From positions 148,183 to 212,182 of IMG/VR virus record IMGVR_UViG_3300035502_000313: a stretch of DNA of 64,000 nt; one strand, given 5' to 3'. The notes below the pieces were generated by a model. That model saw only the letters and a program-made list of their open reading frames with translations. It did no database searches and had not been told where the DNA came from. The stretch's first letter is position 1; each line of letters starts with the position of its first letter. Made by a program: the position numbers and the translations under genes. Shown here one piece after another: positions 51,089-61,370 of the stretch. Source of the DNA: a virus. Its lineage: Duplodnaviria; Caudoviricetes.

Positions 51089-52046
51089 ACTTCTTCATAT
51101 CTTCAAGCATCTTTTCAATATATGATTCATTAATATCAATAATCTTAAGTGAATCTAAAGTTGTTAAAAATGTACATAGTGTTTCACAATGCTCTACAAC
51201 TTTATCCATATTGATTTTGGAATTCTCTACAAATACATTACTTGCAGATTCATTTACCATTGCAGATTTTGAAAGATTATATACCATACATTCAAAGATA
51301 TTCTTTGTACGAGAGCTACGAATATCAGCCATCTTACGTTTACCTTCGAATATATAGCTTTCTTCAAGTTTCTCAGCCTTTTCTTTTTCTTTATCACTAT
51401 TTGCTTTTTCAGCAAGCTTAGCTTTATTGTTTTCGACCTTAGACTGAGTCTTTGATAATGCAGCAGATAATGCAGCTTTTTCTTCCATATTGTTGTTAAC
51501 AAATTCCTGCTGTTGAGTTCTTACTCTATCAGAAATTTTAGTAACAGCATCATCTACATCAACTTTCTCAAGCTTAGCATAGAACTTTTCTTTGTCTTCC
51601 TTGTTTAATTTAAGAGAATCAGTTTTATCTTCTTTTGCTGCTTCAATAACAGACTGAACTGTTGTATCAATAGCATATGCTACTTCAGATAAAAGATATG
51701 ATGTACCCTTAAACTTTCTAAGAAGTTTTGAAGAGCCTTCTTCATTAACAAAGTTTGTAACTAACTGTCTAACAAGTTTCTGATGATATTCTTCTCTTAT
51801 AAGAACAGGACTTAAACAGTTATCTACAATAATAGTAAGTGCTTCTACTACATATGCGTCAGTAACCTTCTTTTTAAAATCAAGAAAATCTACTGCATCA
51901 TCATTACGACTATATAACTTATCCCAAATAGCAGCTTTATCAGCAGCCTCAGAAACTGCTTCTAATTTTTCTCTATTATATCTATAATCAGATTTAGCCT
52001 GTCTAGCTTTTGCTGCTTCAAGAATTAATTTAGTATCTTCATACAT
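51087..52046 (-). CDS. Probable head/virion protein (helical, many x-x-E sites)
   Basis: 319 aa; ILEA, VSEA, VIEA, LEES, VNES, INES; late-type promoter 52086-52075. Confidence 0.55.
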   Translation of the reverse strand: MYEDTKLILEAAKARQAKSDYRYNREKLEAVSEAADKAAIWDKLYSRNDDAVDFLDFKKKVTDAYVVEALTIIVDNCLSPVLIREEYHQKLVRQLVTNFVNEEGSSKLLRKFKGTSYLLSEVAYAIDTTVQSVIEAAKEDKTDSLKLNKEDKEKFYAKLEKVDVDDAVTKISDRVRTQQQEFVNNNMEEKAALSAALSKTQSKVENNKAKLAEKANSDKEKEKAEKLEESYIFEGKRKMADIRSSRTKNIFECMVYNLSKSAMVNESASNVFVENSKINMDKVVEHCETLCTFLTTLDSLKIIDINESYIEKMLEDMKK

Positions 52047-52086
52047 GAGCTTATGTCCTCCTTTAATATAATATTATTAAGATGTT

Positions 52087-55000
52087 TTAAGTTGTTACTA
52101 TACGGATATTAATATATGGTAATCCAGTAAGGTCATTTGTATCTACATGTAAGAATTCTGGAACCATAGATAACATTTCCATATCTTCTACAGAAACAAT
52201 ATGCTGATTAACTGCATCATATATATTAAATGATACATATTCGAAATAGATAAGATATTCTGCATATTCTGTTTCTATCATTGTAGTAATATTCGGGAAA
52301 TGGATATCATCAAGTTGATCAAGATCTTCAAGGTAATCTTTAATAGTATCCTTAATATTATCCTTAAGTGACCAAGCATCACTATCTTCATTATAGAACT
52401 TAGCTCTAAATGTCATAGTAAGTGCTACGTTATCAATATATTCAGAAGTTACATCTCCGTCATCATCAGTTAAATGATACATCTGTGAAGGACCATATGT
52501 ATTAAAGAACTTATAGTCTAATCCAAATGTACATTCAAGAGGTGCTATAGCATCAAGAACATAGTTAATCTTTTTCTTCATTTCTTTAATAAATGTAAGA
52601 ACACGATCTTCACTCCACCAATAGAAATAACGTAGACATGGAACTCTATTTACAATATAAGATTCAATCTTATCATTATCTAGATTAAAGATATCATTTG
52701 TCTTTATTGAAGTTACGTATGAATTCATTATATTAGAATAATCATGTAATAGATTTATTCCTTCATATGTACTATATACATTAGTAAGAACCATCTGTTT
52801 TAATGTATAATCTGGCACATATGCGTCATCATCATCAGTTACTACAATAGGTTGTGTAAATACAGTACTCTGAGGAACAGAGTTATATAATGCATCTACA
52901 TTACGACTATTGATTGTAAGATAATTTGCAGTAAGACTATCTGTATATGTCTTAGTAGACATGATATCATACTTATAAAGTATATAAATCTTTAACTCTG
53001 TATTAAGATTTAGATATATTGTATCAGCATAGAATCCTTGTGCTGGAGTTTTAGAATTATTACTGCAATTACTAATATTATTTAGATCAATCTTATTTGG
53101 ATTGAAATCAACCGGTCTATCTTCAGATGTATTAGCAGTTACATTAAAGCATCTATAATTTTCCCAGAATATTCTCTTTGCTTCTTCTGTTTCTAATGGA
53201 TTCTCTCCACCTATAGCTTCAGCAATTTCTTCTATAAATCTCTTTGGACCAATATATACATCATTATTATCATCAATAATATCAGCACAACCCTTATCAG
53301 CATCTTCTTTACTTGAAGTTGTAAATGGTCTAGTATATAGATTAAACTCATACGGAATTCCATCTTCATCATTTACATTCTCTAAGTCATCTCCACCTGT
53401 ATACTTAGCAATTGTATACATAATAGGTCTCGATACTGTAGAATCATCCGCATCTTTCTTATATAAAACACCTATTATCTGAGTTCTATTTATCATATTA
53501 GCATCAACTGTACCAGTATTAGGCTTTATATTAAGCTTAATATCATATCTATATCTATTATCAGATAGATAGGAACTTCTTACTGTTTTAATACTAGGCA
53601 TAATGAACTGAATTGGCGATTTACTATTAATACAATCAAACTGTTGATATCTTGTTTCATCAATAATATCAAGATAATATGATGCTGTTATTCTATGGGT
53701 ATTTATTGTAGGGTCATCCTTTAATACAATACTTAAAGGATTAGTATATAAGAATTTAGTTATCTTAGCTATCAATACAATATATGTAGAATCAAGGGTT
53801 TGCTTATCATACTCGTTATAAATTCTTAAAGGTAAATTATAACGATAGTTTTCAAACTGTCCTAATTCATTATTTTGTACAAGAACTTCGATACTTACTA
53901 TTCTACCATCAAGTTTCTCTATAGATAGTACTTCTCCTAGAGTCCAAGTTGATGGGTCTTTATAGATAAAATCTGCAGTACTTTCACCCTCAAGATATGT
54001 ACTAAATCTTATTAAATCTCCTTCAGCTAATGTAAGAGAATCAAATCCATAATCACCTTGACCATCATAAGAATATACATCAATAGTATTGATACTATCT
54101 AATATAAGAAATTCTCCCATTCCATCAATATATGGAGTCATTATAGTATTATAATAAGTTTCAGCATATAACTTTTTATTTTCAGTATCCAGACTACTTA
54201 AATCTACTAAATAATCAGGAACAAAAAATGTTCTAGAAACGGCACTCGGATCTATTGTTATAGGTGCTATCGAAAATTTTGTACTTTCATCATAGAAAGA
54301 TAATCTCAGTAACCATGCATAAAAAGTTAATGTTAAATTACCATTATCATCGTGCTTAAGAGGAATTTCTACTACGCAAGAATTAGTTTTACCTACAACA
54401 GTTCCAGAAGAGTCAAACATACGAGGTCTATAAAATTTAACAGAGGTTATGTACTTTTGTTTGTCTGTATTAAGACTTATACTTTTAATTTTTTTATCAG
54501 CATCTCTAGTTATATTTACATAATAATTATTACCAGTTTCAAACTCTTTCTTTTCTGGGTTTATGTCTCCTGGGTTTTCCATAGGAAAATGGACTGTAGT
54601 TGTAATGCCATTGCTACTTTCTGTCCATGTTATTTCAATGTCAAATATATCTTCGTCTAATTTTTTACCTACAAACATTTTGTAAATGATAGAATTAAGA
54701 AAACCTATGTTAACAGATAATTTTTTGAGTTCACATGATCTACATGTTCCATAATACCATTTATCATATAACTCTTCAATGTCAGGTTGTCTATGAGCTA
54801 TATTAGTAGAATAGTATGGTTTAAAGTATATAGAACCGTTCTCATGGAAATCATATGAATTTGATGGTTTAGCAACTTTATAAGAGAAACCTTCTATTTC
54901 TTTATCTGGATCAAACGATGTGTTATAATTAATATACCATTCATCTAATGATTCATCTGTTGGAATTCCTTGGAAAGTCGTATATCCATTTCCATCATAG

Positions 55001-56454
55001 AATGAGTAGTTTGTATCTACATTTGCTACTTTTTGTTGTAGATATCCCACATAGTTATCTCTTAATATAGGAAGATCTGCACCTTCACCAAACTTATAAT
55101 AGAAAACTGGCGTACCACTCTCTATATAAATCTTTCCATTATTATTATCTCTACGAGTACTTTCTATATAGATAGGAATAGTATTAGTAGGAACAATATT
55201 ATTCTCAGCATCCTTCATAAGATTATATACATAATATACTCTATCGAGTATATTATCTTCTTTTCTGAATACATGAAGAACAGAGTTTTCATTATTAAGA
55301 CTATTAAAGAAGTTTCTTAAGTCAGTAAGTGTAGTGATACTTCCTCTAGATAATGCTTCTTTAGGGATTATATGCTGTAGCTCTTCAATAGTTTGTCTAT
55401 CTAATCCACCACTAGAACCATCATCACCTCTTTGAGCAATAATACAATATAAATTTGTATATCTATCAGAAGTTAAACGGATAGTTTTTTCTTCAGAATA
55501 CTCAAAGTTACCACTAGCACCGTCAGTTGTATAACATTCAATAGTCAAATCTGAGTTAGCAGGTGGCTGATAGTTTGATGGATCAAAACGAATACGAATA
55601 GTATTACTATTAATATATTGATAATAACAATACTTTTGACCTGCAATCTCTTGATTGTATAAGCCATCATAAACTGCATTAAGATATACAGTATTTCCTT
55701 CACCAGCAGTATCAGTTGAAGGTTCTTCTACAATGATATTAAAATGACTCATCTGTTTATCAAATGAAAAGCTAATTGTCTTATTAGCTATAACATCTGA
55801 ATCAAGAATCTTTTCATAAATCTCCTTATAATATACTTGATGTATATTAGTACATAATGCTATCATATTGTCTTCTTCGTAATTAAAGACAACTACTGGT
55901 GGTAAGAACGGATTATCTATATCTGATATAGAATTTGTTCTATCCATATTATAAGTAGCTGTATATACATAATTACGCTGACTACCATTAGTACTATCAG
56001 TTAAATCAGTATATTTAATTGTAATATCATAATCTGTATGAAATTCAAACTCATCAAAAGTCAATGGTGTGTCTGCAGTAAATGTAAATTCTCCATCAAT
56101 CATATTAGCTTGTAATGCTTTTTCAGGAAACATTAAAAGTATCTTCATATTTGCAGGGGTAGCTGCTACTTTTTCAACGCCGAGTGACAAAGCATGAGTT
56201 ATAACATTTCTGTCAAATTTTGCTCTTGTTGGTATAGCTTCATTAGATAATTCAGATGCTGTTACTATAGCATTCTGTAATAATGAAGAAAACTGATATC
56301 CAAGATATCCATACATACCAACCATCAGAGTTTCACTATTTTCAACACCATCTATATTTTGTTTCTTTATATTATCTACAAATCTTGTTATATCATAGAT
56401 ATCAGAATTCAAAATCTTTTGAGATGTTGTCTCTACGGTTTTTTTAACAGACAT
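52087..56454 (-). CDS. Baseplate wedge protein (T4 gp6/baseplate J-like)
   Basis: N-terminal NEAIPTRAK...VITHA...ATPA; YTTDGASGNF; SSGGLDRQTIEEL...ITTLTDL; start MSVKK after AGGAGG. Confidence 0.7.
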   Translation of the reverse strand: MSVKKTVETTSQKILNSDIYDITRFVDNIKKQNIDGVENSETLMVGMYGYLGYQFSSLLQNAIVTASELSNEAIPTRAKFDRNVITHALSLGVEKVAATPANMKILLMFPEKALQANMIDGEFTFTADTPLTFDEFEFHTDYDITIKYTDLTDSTNGSQRNYVYTATYNMDRTNSISDIDNPFLPPVVVFNYEEDNMIALCTNIHQVYYKEIYEKILDSDVIANKTISFSFDKQMSHFNIIVEEPSTDTAGEGNTVYLNAVYDGLYNQEIAGQKYCYYQYINSNTIRIRFDPSNYQPPANSDLTIECYTTDGASGNFEYSEEKTIRLTSDRYTNLYCIIAQRGDDGSSGGLDRQTIEELQHIIPKEALSRGSITTLTDLRNFFNSLNNENSVLHVFRKEDNILDRVYYVYNLMKDAENNIVPTNTIPIYIESTRRDNNNGKIYIESGTPVFYYKFGEGADLPILRDNYVGYLQQKVANVDTNYSFYDGNGYTTFQGIPTDESLDEWYINYNTSFDPDKEIEGFSYKVAKPSNSYDFHENGSIYFKPYYSTNIAHRQPDIEELYDKWYYGTCRSCELKKLSVNIGFLNSIIYKMFVGKKLDEDIFDIEITWTESSNGITTTVHFPMENPGDINPEKKEFETGNNYYVNITRDADKKIKSISLNTDKQKYITSVKFYRPRMFDSSGTVVGKTNSCVVEIPLKHDDNGNLTLTFYAWLLRLSFYDESTKFSIAPITIDPSAVSRTFFVPDYLVDLSSLDTENKKLYAETYYNTIMTPYIDGMGEFLILDSINTIDVYSYDGQGDYGFDSLTLAEGDLIRFSTYLEGESTADFIYKDPSTWTLGEVLSIEKLDGRIVSIEVLVQNNELGQFENYRYNLPLRIYNEYDKQTLDSTYIVLIAKITKFLYTNPLSIVLKDDPTINTHRITASYYLDIIDETRYQQFDCINSKSPIQFIMPSIKTVRSSYLSDNRYRYDIKLNIKPNTGTVDANMINRTQIIGVLYKKDADDSTVSRPIMYTIAKYTGGDDLENVNDEDGIPYEFNLYTRPFTTSSKEDADKGCADIIDDNNDVYIGPKRFIEEIAEAIGGENPLETEEAKRIFWENYRCFNVTANTSEDRPVDFNPNKIDLNNISNCSNNSKTPAQGFYADTIYLNLNTELKIYILYKYDIMSTKTYTDSLTANYLTINSRNVDALYNSVPQSTVFTQPIVVTDDDDAYVPDYTLKQMVLTNVYSTYEGINLLHDYSNIMNSYVTSIKTNDIFNLDNDKIESYIVNRVPCLRYFYWWSEDRVLTFIKEMKKKINYVLDAIAPLECTFGLDYKFFNTYGPSQMYHLTDDDGDVTSEYIDNVALTMTFRAKFYNEDSDAWSLKDNIKDTIKDYLEDLDQLDDIHFPNITTMIETEYAEYLIYFEYVSFNIYDAVNQHIVSVEDMEMLSMVPEFLHVDTNDLTGLPYINIRIVTT

Positions 56455-56474
56455 TATATTACCTCCTTCTTTTA

Positions 56475-57824
56475 TTATTTTATCCATACTAATCTATGGA
56501 ATCCGTTTGTAGATGCATCTGATGTTGCATGACCTGTACGTACGGGATTTGTTTTATAATTAGATATGACCATTGGATATCCAACCCATGTTGATTGATT
56601 CATAGAAGTATGGGATTCTAAATTATGGTTTCCTGTATTATGAATTACATCAGGTAGTATATGTTGACCACTTGATAAAGTACTCATAATATCACTTCCA
56701 GATCCAGTATATCCTAATGACCTACTTGTTAAATAATTTAGTTCATTAAGATTTACAGGATCCATATCTCTTATAAATTGAGCTTTCCAGTTTACTGTAA
56801 ACTTTATATTACCCTCAATATTAGACAAAGTTCCTCTAGGTACAGACATAGGGGTACATCCTGTAGCTTTAGCCCAATATATTATTCTTCCTGTATCATC
56901 AACGATCAACTTCCATATTGATAAAGCTTCTGGATAAATCTTATTAAAGATATAATCCATCTTTGTTGGCATCATGTCAACCATATACTTATATTTAAAA
57001 TACTCGTCATATATCTTAAATAGCATATACACATCAAGATATTTAGTATCTTTAAACTCAAGACTAAAATCATATTGTAAATCAGATGCCATAGAGCCTT
57101 CTCTATAACTTGTATTTACTTGATATAAGTTTTGATTTCCTAATACTTCATTAGCAGCTACATCTGGAAGATCAAAAGAACTTGATACCATGTTTGTTAA
57201 AAGTGGTATATATTTAGTTCTTATATCTATACTCAATCCATCAGTAGTTAGAATGCCACTGTATGGATTTGTATTATATGTCTGCTGTAATGCATAATAA
57301 CTAAGTTTATATCTTCTGAATGCTTCATCAAAAAATGGAGAATTTTTTAAAGGTGCATAAATACTCTTATCAGAAGTTGAATTTACAACATCAACCAAAT
57401 GTAAGTCTGGTTTAGAAAAGAATAAGTATTCTCTAGTACCAGTAACTAGTTCACCAGATGGATCAAGATATCCATATCTGGAAAAGTTATTGAATCTGTT
57501 ATTTAACATATCTTCAGCAGGTGTCAGTATATCTGTTCCTACCATATTATCAAATTCAGCTTGTTTAACTTTCATATCATTTCTATCGTAATATGCATTT
57601 TTCTTCTTTAGATCTTTTCTGGTTTGAGTTTTTACAATCCACTCATCATCTGCAGTAGTATCTTTTGTTTCATATCCAGCAATTTGATATGCATAAAGAA
57701 GTTTAGAATAATCTAGATGCTCTTCAAAACCTTTAATATTTTTAGAATAATCAGACTCGCTACCATCAGGTACCGTTAAACTTGAGTGATATGAACTCAT
57801 AAAATCAAGACCACTGTTACTCAT
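56475..57824 (-). CDS. Tail tube-like baseplate structural protein
   Basis: YLFFSKPDL...LLTN...SFDLPD...FSLEFKDTKYLDVY...IIYWAK.TG..P.SVP; start MSNSG after AGGAGG; promoter 57868-57857. Confidence 0.55.
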   Translation of the reverse strand: MSNSGLDFMSSYHSSLTVPDGSESDYSKNIKGFEEHLDYSKLLYAYQIAGYETKDTTADDEWIVKTQTRKDLKKKNAYYDRNDMKVKQAEFDNMVGTDILTPAEDMLNNRFNNFSRYGYLDPSGELVTGTREYLFFSKPDLHLVDVVNSTSDKSIYAPLKNSPFFDEAFRRYKLSYYALQQTYNTNPYSGILTTDGLSIDIRTKYIPLLTNMVSSSFDLPDVAANEVLGNQNLYQVNTSYREGSMASDLQYDFSLEFKDTKYLDVYMLFKIYDEYFKYKYMVDMMPTKMDYIFNKIYPEALSIWKLIVDDTGRIIYWAKATGCTPMSVPRGTLSNIEGNIKFTVNWKAQFIRDMDPVNLNELNYLTSRSLGYTGSGSDIMSTLSSGQHILPDVIHNTGNHNLESHTSMNQSTWVGYPMVISNYKTNPVRTGHATSDASTNGFHRLVWIK

Positions 57825-57895
57825 TTGTTTTCCTCCTCTCTTCTCAATCAAGATTTTATTAAGATGTTGAACTAGGGTAAAGTAATACATATTTA

Positions 57896-57910
57896 TATAC
57901 TATTAATGTG
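57896..57910 (+). promoter_or_regulatory. Putative early promoter
   Basis: TATACTAT-TAAT-GTG. Confidence 0.6.
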
Positions 57911-58013
57911 TATGAAATATAGTGTATCAACTTTATGACCCTATAGCCCCAACGACAAGTTGTGATTAAATCACTATTATTTTAATTTAACCGCTATAGG
58001 AGGAATAATTTAT

Positions 58014-58367
58014 ATGAATACAATAGACATCCATGACGCAATGGTAGAAAATTATGAGTTTGAGGCTAGAAACCAAGCTAAACTTGATGCTATCTATGAG
58101 AGAGAAAGAAGCAAATATTCTAGTTTGTTTAATAATAATCAGTCTGATAACAACTCAAATTATGACAATACAAGACTGTCTTATATTGAAAATAGACTTA
58201 ATTGTATTGAGAATAGAATTAATGAGTTACATGGTATGATTATTAACATAAAAGAATCAAACGGTTTGTTTGTATTCGCTCCAAAAGGAAACATCAATTC
58301 AGCTGTTAGTTTTCAGCTTTCAGAATCACAGTTTAGAGAAATGATGAATAGTATTGTTAATAAATAA
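58014..58367 (+). CDS. Hypothetical coiled-coil protein (early-type promoter, structured leader)
   Basis: 117 aa; RLSYIENRLNCIENRINEL heptads; AGGAGG RBS. Confidence 0.7.
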   Translation: MNTIDIHDAMVENYEFEARNQAKLDAIYERERSKYSSLFNNNQSDNNSNYDNTRLSYIENRLNCIENRINELHGMIINIKESNGLFVFAPKGNINSAVSFQLSESQFREMMNSIVNK

Positions 58368-58449
58368 TCGATAGTAATGTCATTTGTTGATACACTTTAT
58401 TTTTTTGAACATACCAATAAAATTTGAATACAAGGAGGTATATATACTT

Positions 58450-59772
58450 ATGAACGGAAGAGAATATTTTCATGAATCTGTCGTTCGTGATATTGTTGAT
58501 GTATTGACTTCTCTTAAAGATTATGATGAAGTACAATTCATTAACAATGCTAAAGCTAATAGAAGTTTTAAATCTGTTACTTCTGCGACAAAAGATTTAA
58601 TTCTGACATTTCCTGTTCTTGTTAGTTCTGACATTGAACCTGACAATGCAATTATGATTGCTAAGGCTCATGAAAAGAAAATGGCATCATTACTCCATAT
58701 TCTTTTTACTGCTATCAGTGTAGGAAATAATGAAGACGTATTTGATTATGTAAAGAAATTCCATTCTAATATGGGAAGTATGAATGGTACTCTTGATTCC
58801 TATATGGATAGTTTTGATAGACTAGCTACTACATTTGGAGAATCATATGATGCTACTCTTAAAATTGATAAAGCTGTTCTTGAATCTGTATTGGAAGACC
58901 TAAAAGAATCTAATTATACTTTGCCTGATAATGTAAAAGAATCTAGCCTTGAATCTTATAAAATCATTCCAGGATATCGTACTGGAATGAATGATAGAGT
59001 TGTTCATGAAGCAGATGATATTGTAAATCTTGTTCAAAGACGTGGATTTCAAAATGACAAAAATTATGCTGACTATATGAAAAATATGGCAGAATTTAAT
59101 AACAAAGCAATTCTTAATACAGAATATAAGAAAGCTAATGAACTTCAACCTACAATGATGATTATTAACTTTATGCGTCATTCTGAAACCTGCGGTAGTA
59201 GTATTAATACAGCAGTTATTGGTATTAAGGCTAAGATATATCCTGTTACATCAGCAGACATATGTAATAGAATCAGCGGTAAGCTTGATGATAAGAATAT
59301 ACTTACTAACTTTATAAGAGCAACCACGAACGAAATTGCTTTCTTCCGTGATTTCTTATTTGCTGTTGATAATGCTAAGTTAGATGCTAAATCTTACGGT
59401 AAGAATGCTTCTTCTAATAAATTATGGAAGGTTCTTGAAAGACGTTCTACAAAGAGTAAGTTTAGACGTTCTCTTAAGATGTATAATGATGCTACTGCTA
59501 TATCTACATTAGTACTTTCTGAAAATGATGCAGAATATTTAAAGAAGGTTAATAATATAGATATTCTTAATGTACAACTTGCACGTAAGATTCTTGATTC
59601 TTATAACTTTATGTGTATTGCTGTTCTTAATCAATCTACAGAAGTAGCGTCTATTCTCTATGATACTGGAGACGATACTTTTGAGGTGTTGCCGTTCTCT
59701 GGACTTGAAAGAGAAGCAAGTGATAATAGCTATAAGAAGATGGTAAATCTATTAGCAAAAGTAAGTAGATAA
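58450..59772 (+). CDS. Probable virion structural/head protein
   Basis: Start MNGRE after AGGAGG; promoter AACA-TACCAA-TA at 58408-58419; cluster of x-x-E sites. Confidence 0.6.
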   Translation: MNGREYFHESVVRDIVDVLTSLKDYDEVQFINNAKANRSFKSVTSATKDLILTFPVLVSSDIEPDNAIMIAKAHEKKMASLLHILFTAISVGNNEDVFDYVKKFHSNMGSMNGTLDSYMDSFDRLATTFGESYDATLKIDKAVLESVLEDLKESNYTLPDNVKESSLESYKIIPGYRTGMNDRVVHEADDIVNLVQRRGFQNDKNYADYMKNMAEFNNKAILNTEYKKANELQPTMMIINFMRHSETCGSSINTAVIGIKAKIYPVTSADICNRISGKLDDKNILTNFIRATTNEIAFFRDFLFAVDNAKLDAKSYGKNASSNKLWKVLERRSTKSKFRRSLKMYNDATAISTLVLSENDAEYLKKVNNIDILNVQLARKILDSYNFMCIAVLNQSTEVASILYDTGDDTFEVLPFSGLEREASDNSYKKMVNLLAKVSR

Positions 59773-59789
59773 GAAAGGAGGTAAACAAC

Positions 59790-61343
59790 ATGCCTATTTT
59801 TTCTGATTTAGAATTAGAAGGTATTATGAATGAAGCTGAGGATAGAAAGTTGTCTCAGCGTGTTAAAGATAATGCTGGTGAAATTAAAGATGTTGGTAAT
59901 AAAGCTATCTCTAATCTCAAGGATAATCTTTGGATAACAAAGCAAAAACAGAAAAAAGAGAAATCTAATAAGATTACTTTTAAAGAAGATTCTGATGGTA
60001 ATATTGTAGAATGCACACTTGATGGTGAGTCTATAGAAGAGGGTCTTGACAAATTTAAAAGTAATTATGATAATATGAAAACAGAATTTAAAAATAATAA
60101 AGATGTTGAAGATGAAAAAGAAAGGCAAGCTTGGGAAAATGAACCTGGTGCTAAAGCAGGTGAATTTATAGGTGACACTATTACAGGTGGAAATACTATT
60201 AATAAATTTGGTAGAGGTGTTGGTCGTAATATCGGTAGTATTGTAGATAATATTATTAAAGCTAAATCTAAAGAACGTAAAAAGATTAAGGAAGATGCAT
60301 CTAATCAATTTATTTATAGAAGTCCTGAATATACTCAAGCTATGAATGAGTATTTTGATATTACTGACACAGAAACACGTAAGGTTCTTCTTGCTGTTAA
60401 TGAAGCAGATCAAAATAAAGTTCTAGTTTCTCTTACATCTAAGCTATATGATAATGTAGTTGATAAAGTTGATGATATTGATTTTGGTGAGATTGAAATG
60501 ACCAAGGGTGATATAAAGAAGTTACCTAATTTCGATACACTTAATGGATGCTTAGATAATATGGGTAAGCTATTGCTTGAATTTAAACAGGATACTAAGC
60601 CAGTAGATACAATTATAGAATGTATGACTAATATGATAGATAGTACACATATTTGGACTAAGGCATATGCTGTAAATGCTGAACTACCTATGGTTACATA
60701 TAACACTATGGTGTTAGCTATTATAGAAGCTACTTCATATTTAGTATCTATGTGTGTTGAATTTATCAAATCACCATCTCAAGATACAATGCAGATAATG
60801 ATTGATAAGTCTGCTCTTACTAAATCTAAGGGTCATATGTTATTTAAGAACATTGAATCTTTTAATAGTGCTTATAATAAAGGTCAAGTAGAAAAGGCTA
60901 TGATGCATATTATTGACGAGAAAGCTAAGAAGAAAAACTTTGTAGGAATTTATGGTGGTATTGGTGTAGGTGCAGCTGTTGTTGGAATAGCTGGATTATT
61001 ATTCTGTATTATTCCTATTATAAGAGAATTGATCTTCTTATTCTATTATACTAGAGTAAGAGTATCTGACTTCTTTGAAGTTCAAGCAAACTTACTTCAG
61101 GTAAATGCTTATAATGTAGAGAATAATCGTCTCGATCTTACTAAAGAAGAACGTAAGAATATCTCTGCTAAACAAATGAAGACTGCTGATAAATTCAGAA
61201 AGGTTTCTCGTACTATTGCTGTTGAAACTTCTTCTGCTGAAAATAAAGCTACTAAAGATATCAAGGCTGAAGATAACAAAAAGTATAAAGCTAGTGATAT
61301 AATGGAAGAATTACCGGACTCTGCTTCCAGTGCATTATTCTAA
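59790..61343 (+). CDS. Probable virion protein with C-terminal hydrophobic segment
   Basis: 517 aa; GIGVGAAVVGIAGLLFCIIPIIRELIFLFY; E-rich N-terminal region. Confidence 0.6.
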   Translation: MPIFSDLELEGIMNEAEDRKLSQRVKDNAGEIKDVGNKAISNLKDNLWITKQKQKKEKSNKITFKEDSDGNIVECTLDGESIEEGLDKFKSNYDNMKTEFKNNKDVEDEKERQAWENEPGAKAGEFIGDTITGGNTINKFGRGVGRNIGSIVDNIIKAKSKERKKIKEDASNQFIYRSPEYTQAMNEYFDITDTETRKVLLAVNEADQNKVLVSLTSKLYDNVVDKVDDIDFGEIEMTKGDIKKLPNFDTLNGCLDNMGKLLLEFKQDTKPVDTIIECMTNMIDSTHIWTKAYAVNAELPMVTYNTMVLAIIEATSYLVSMCVEFIKSPSQDTMQIMIDKSALTKSKGHMLFKNIESFNSAYNKGQVEKAMMHIIDEKAKKKNFVGIYGGIGVGAAVVGIAGLLFCIIPIIRELIFLFYYTRVRVSDFFEVQANLLQVNAYNVENNRLDLTKEERKNISAKQMKTADKFRKVSRTIAVETSSAENKATKDIKAEDNKKYKASDIMEELPDSASSALF

Positions 61344-61370
61344 TTTAATTAAAAAGGAGGAATTTTTATA

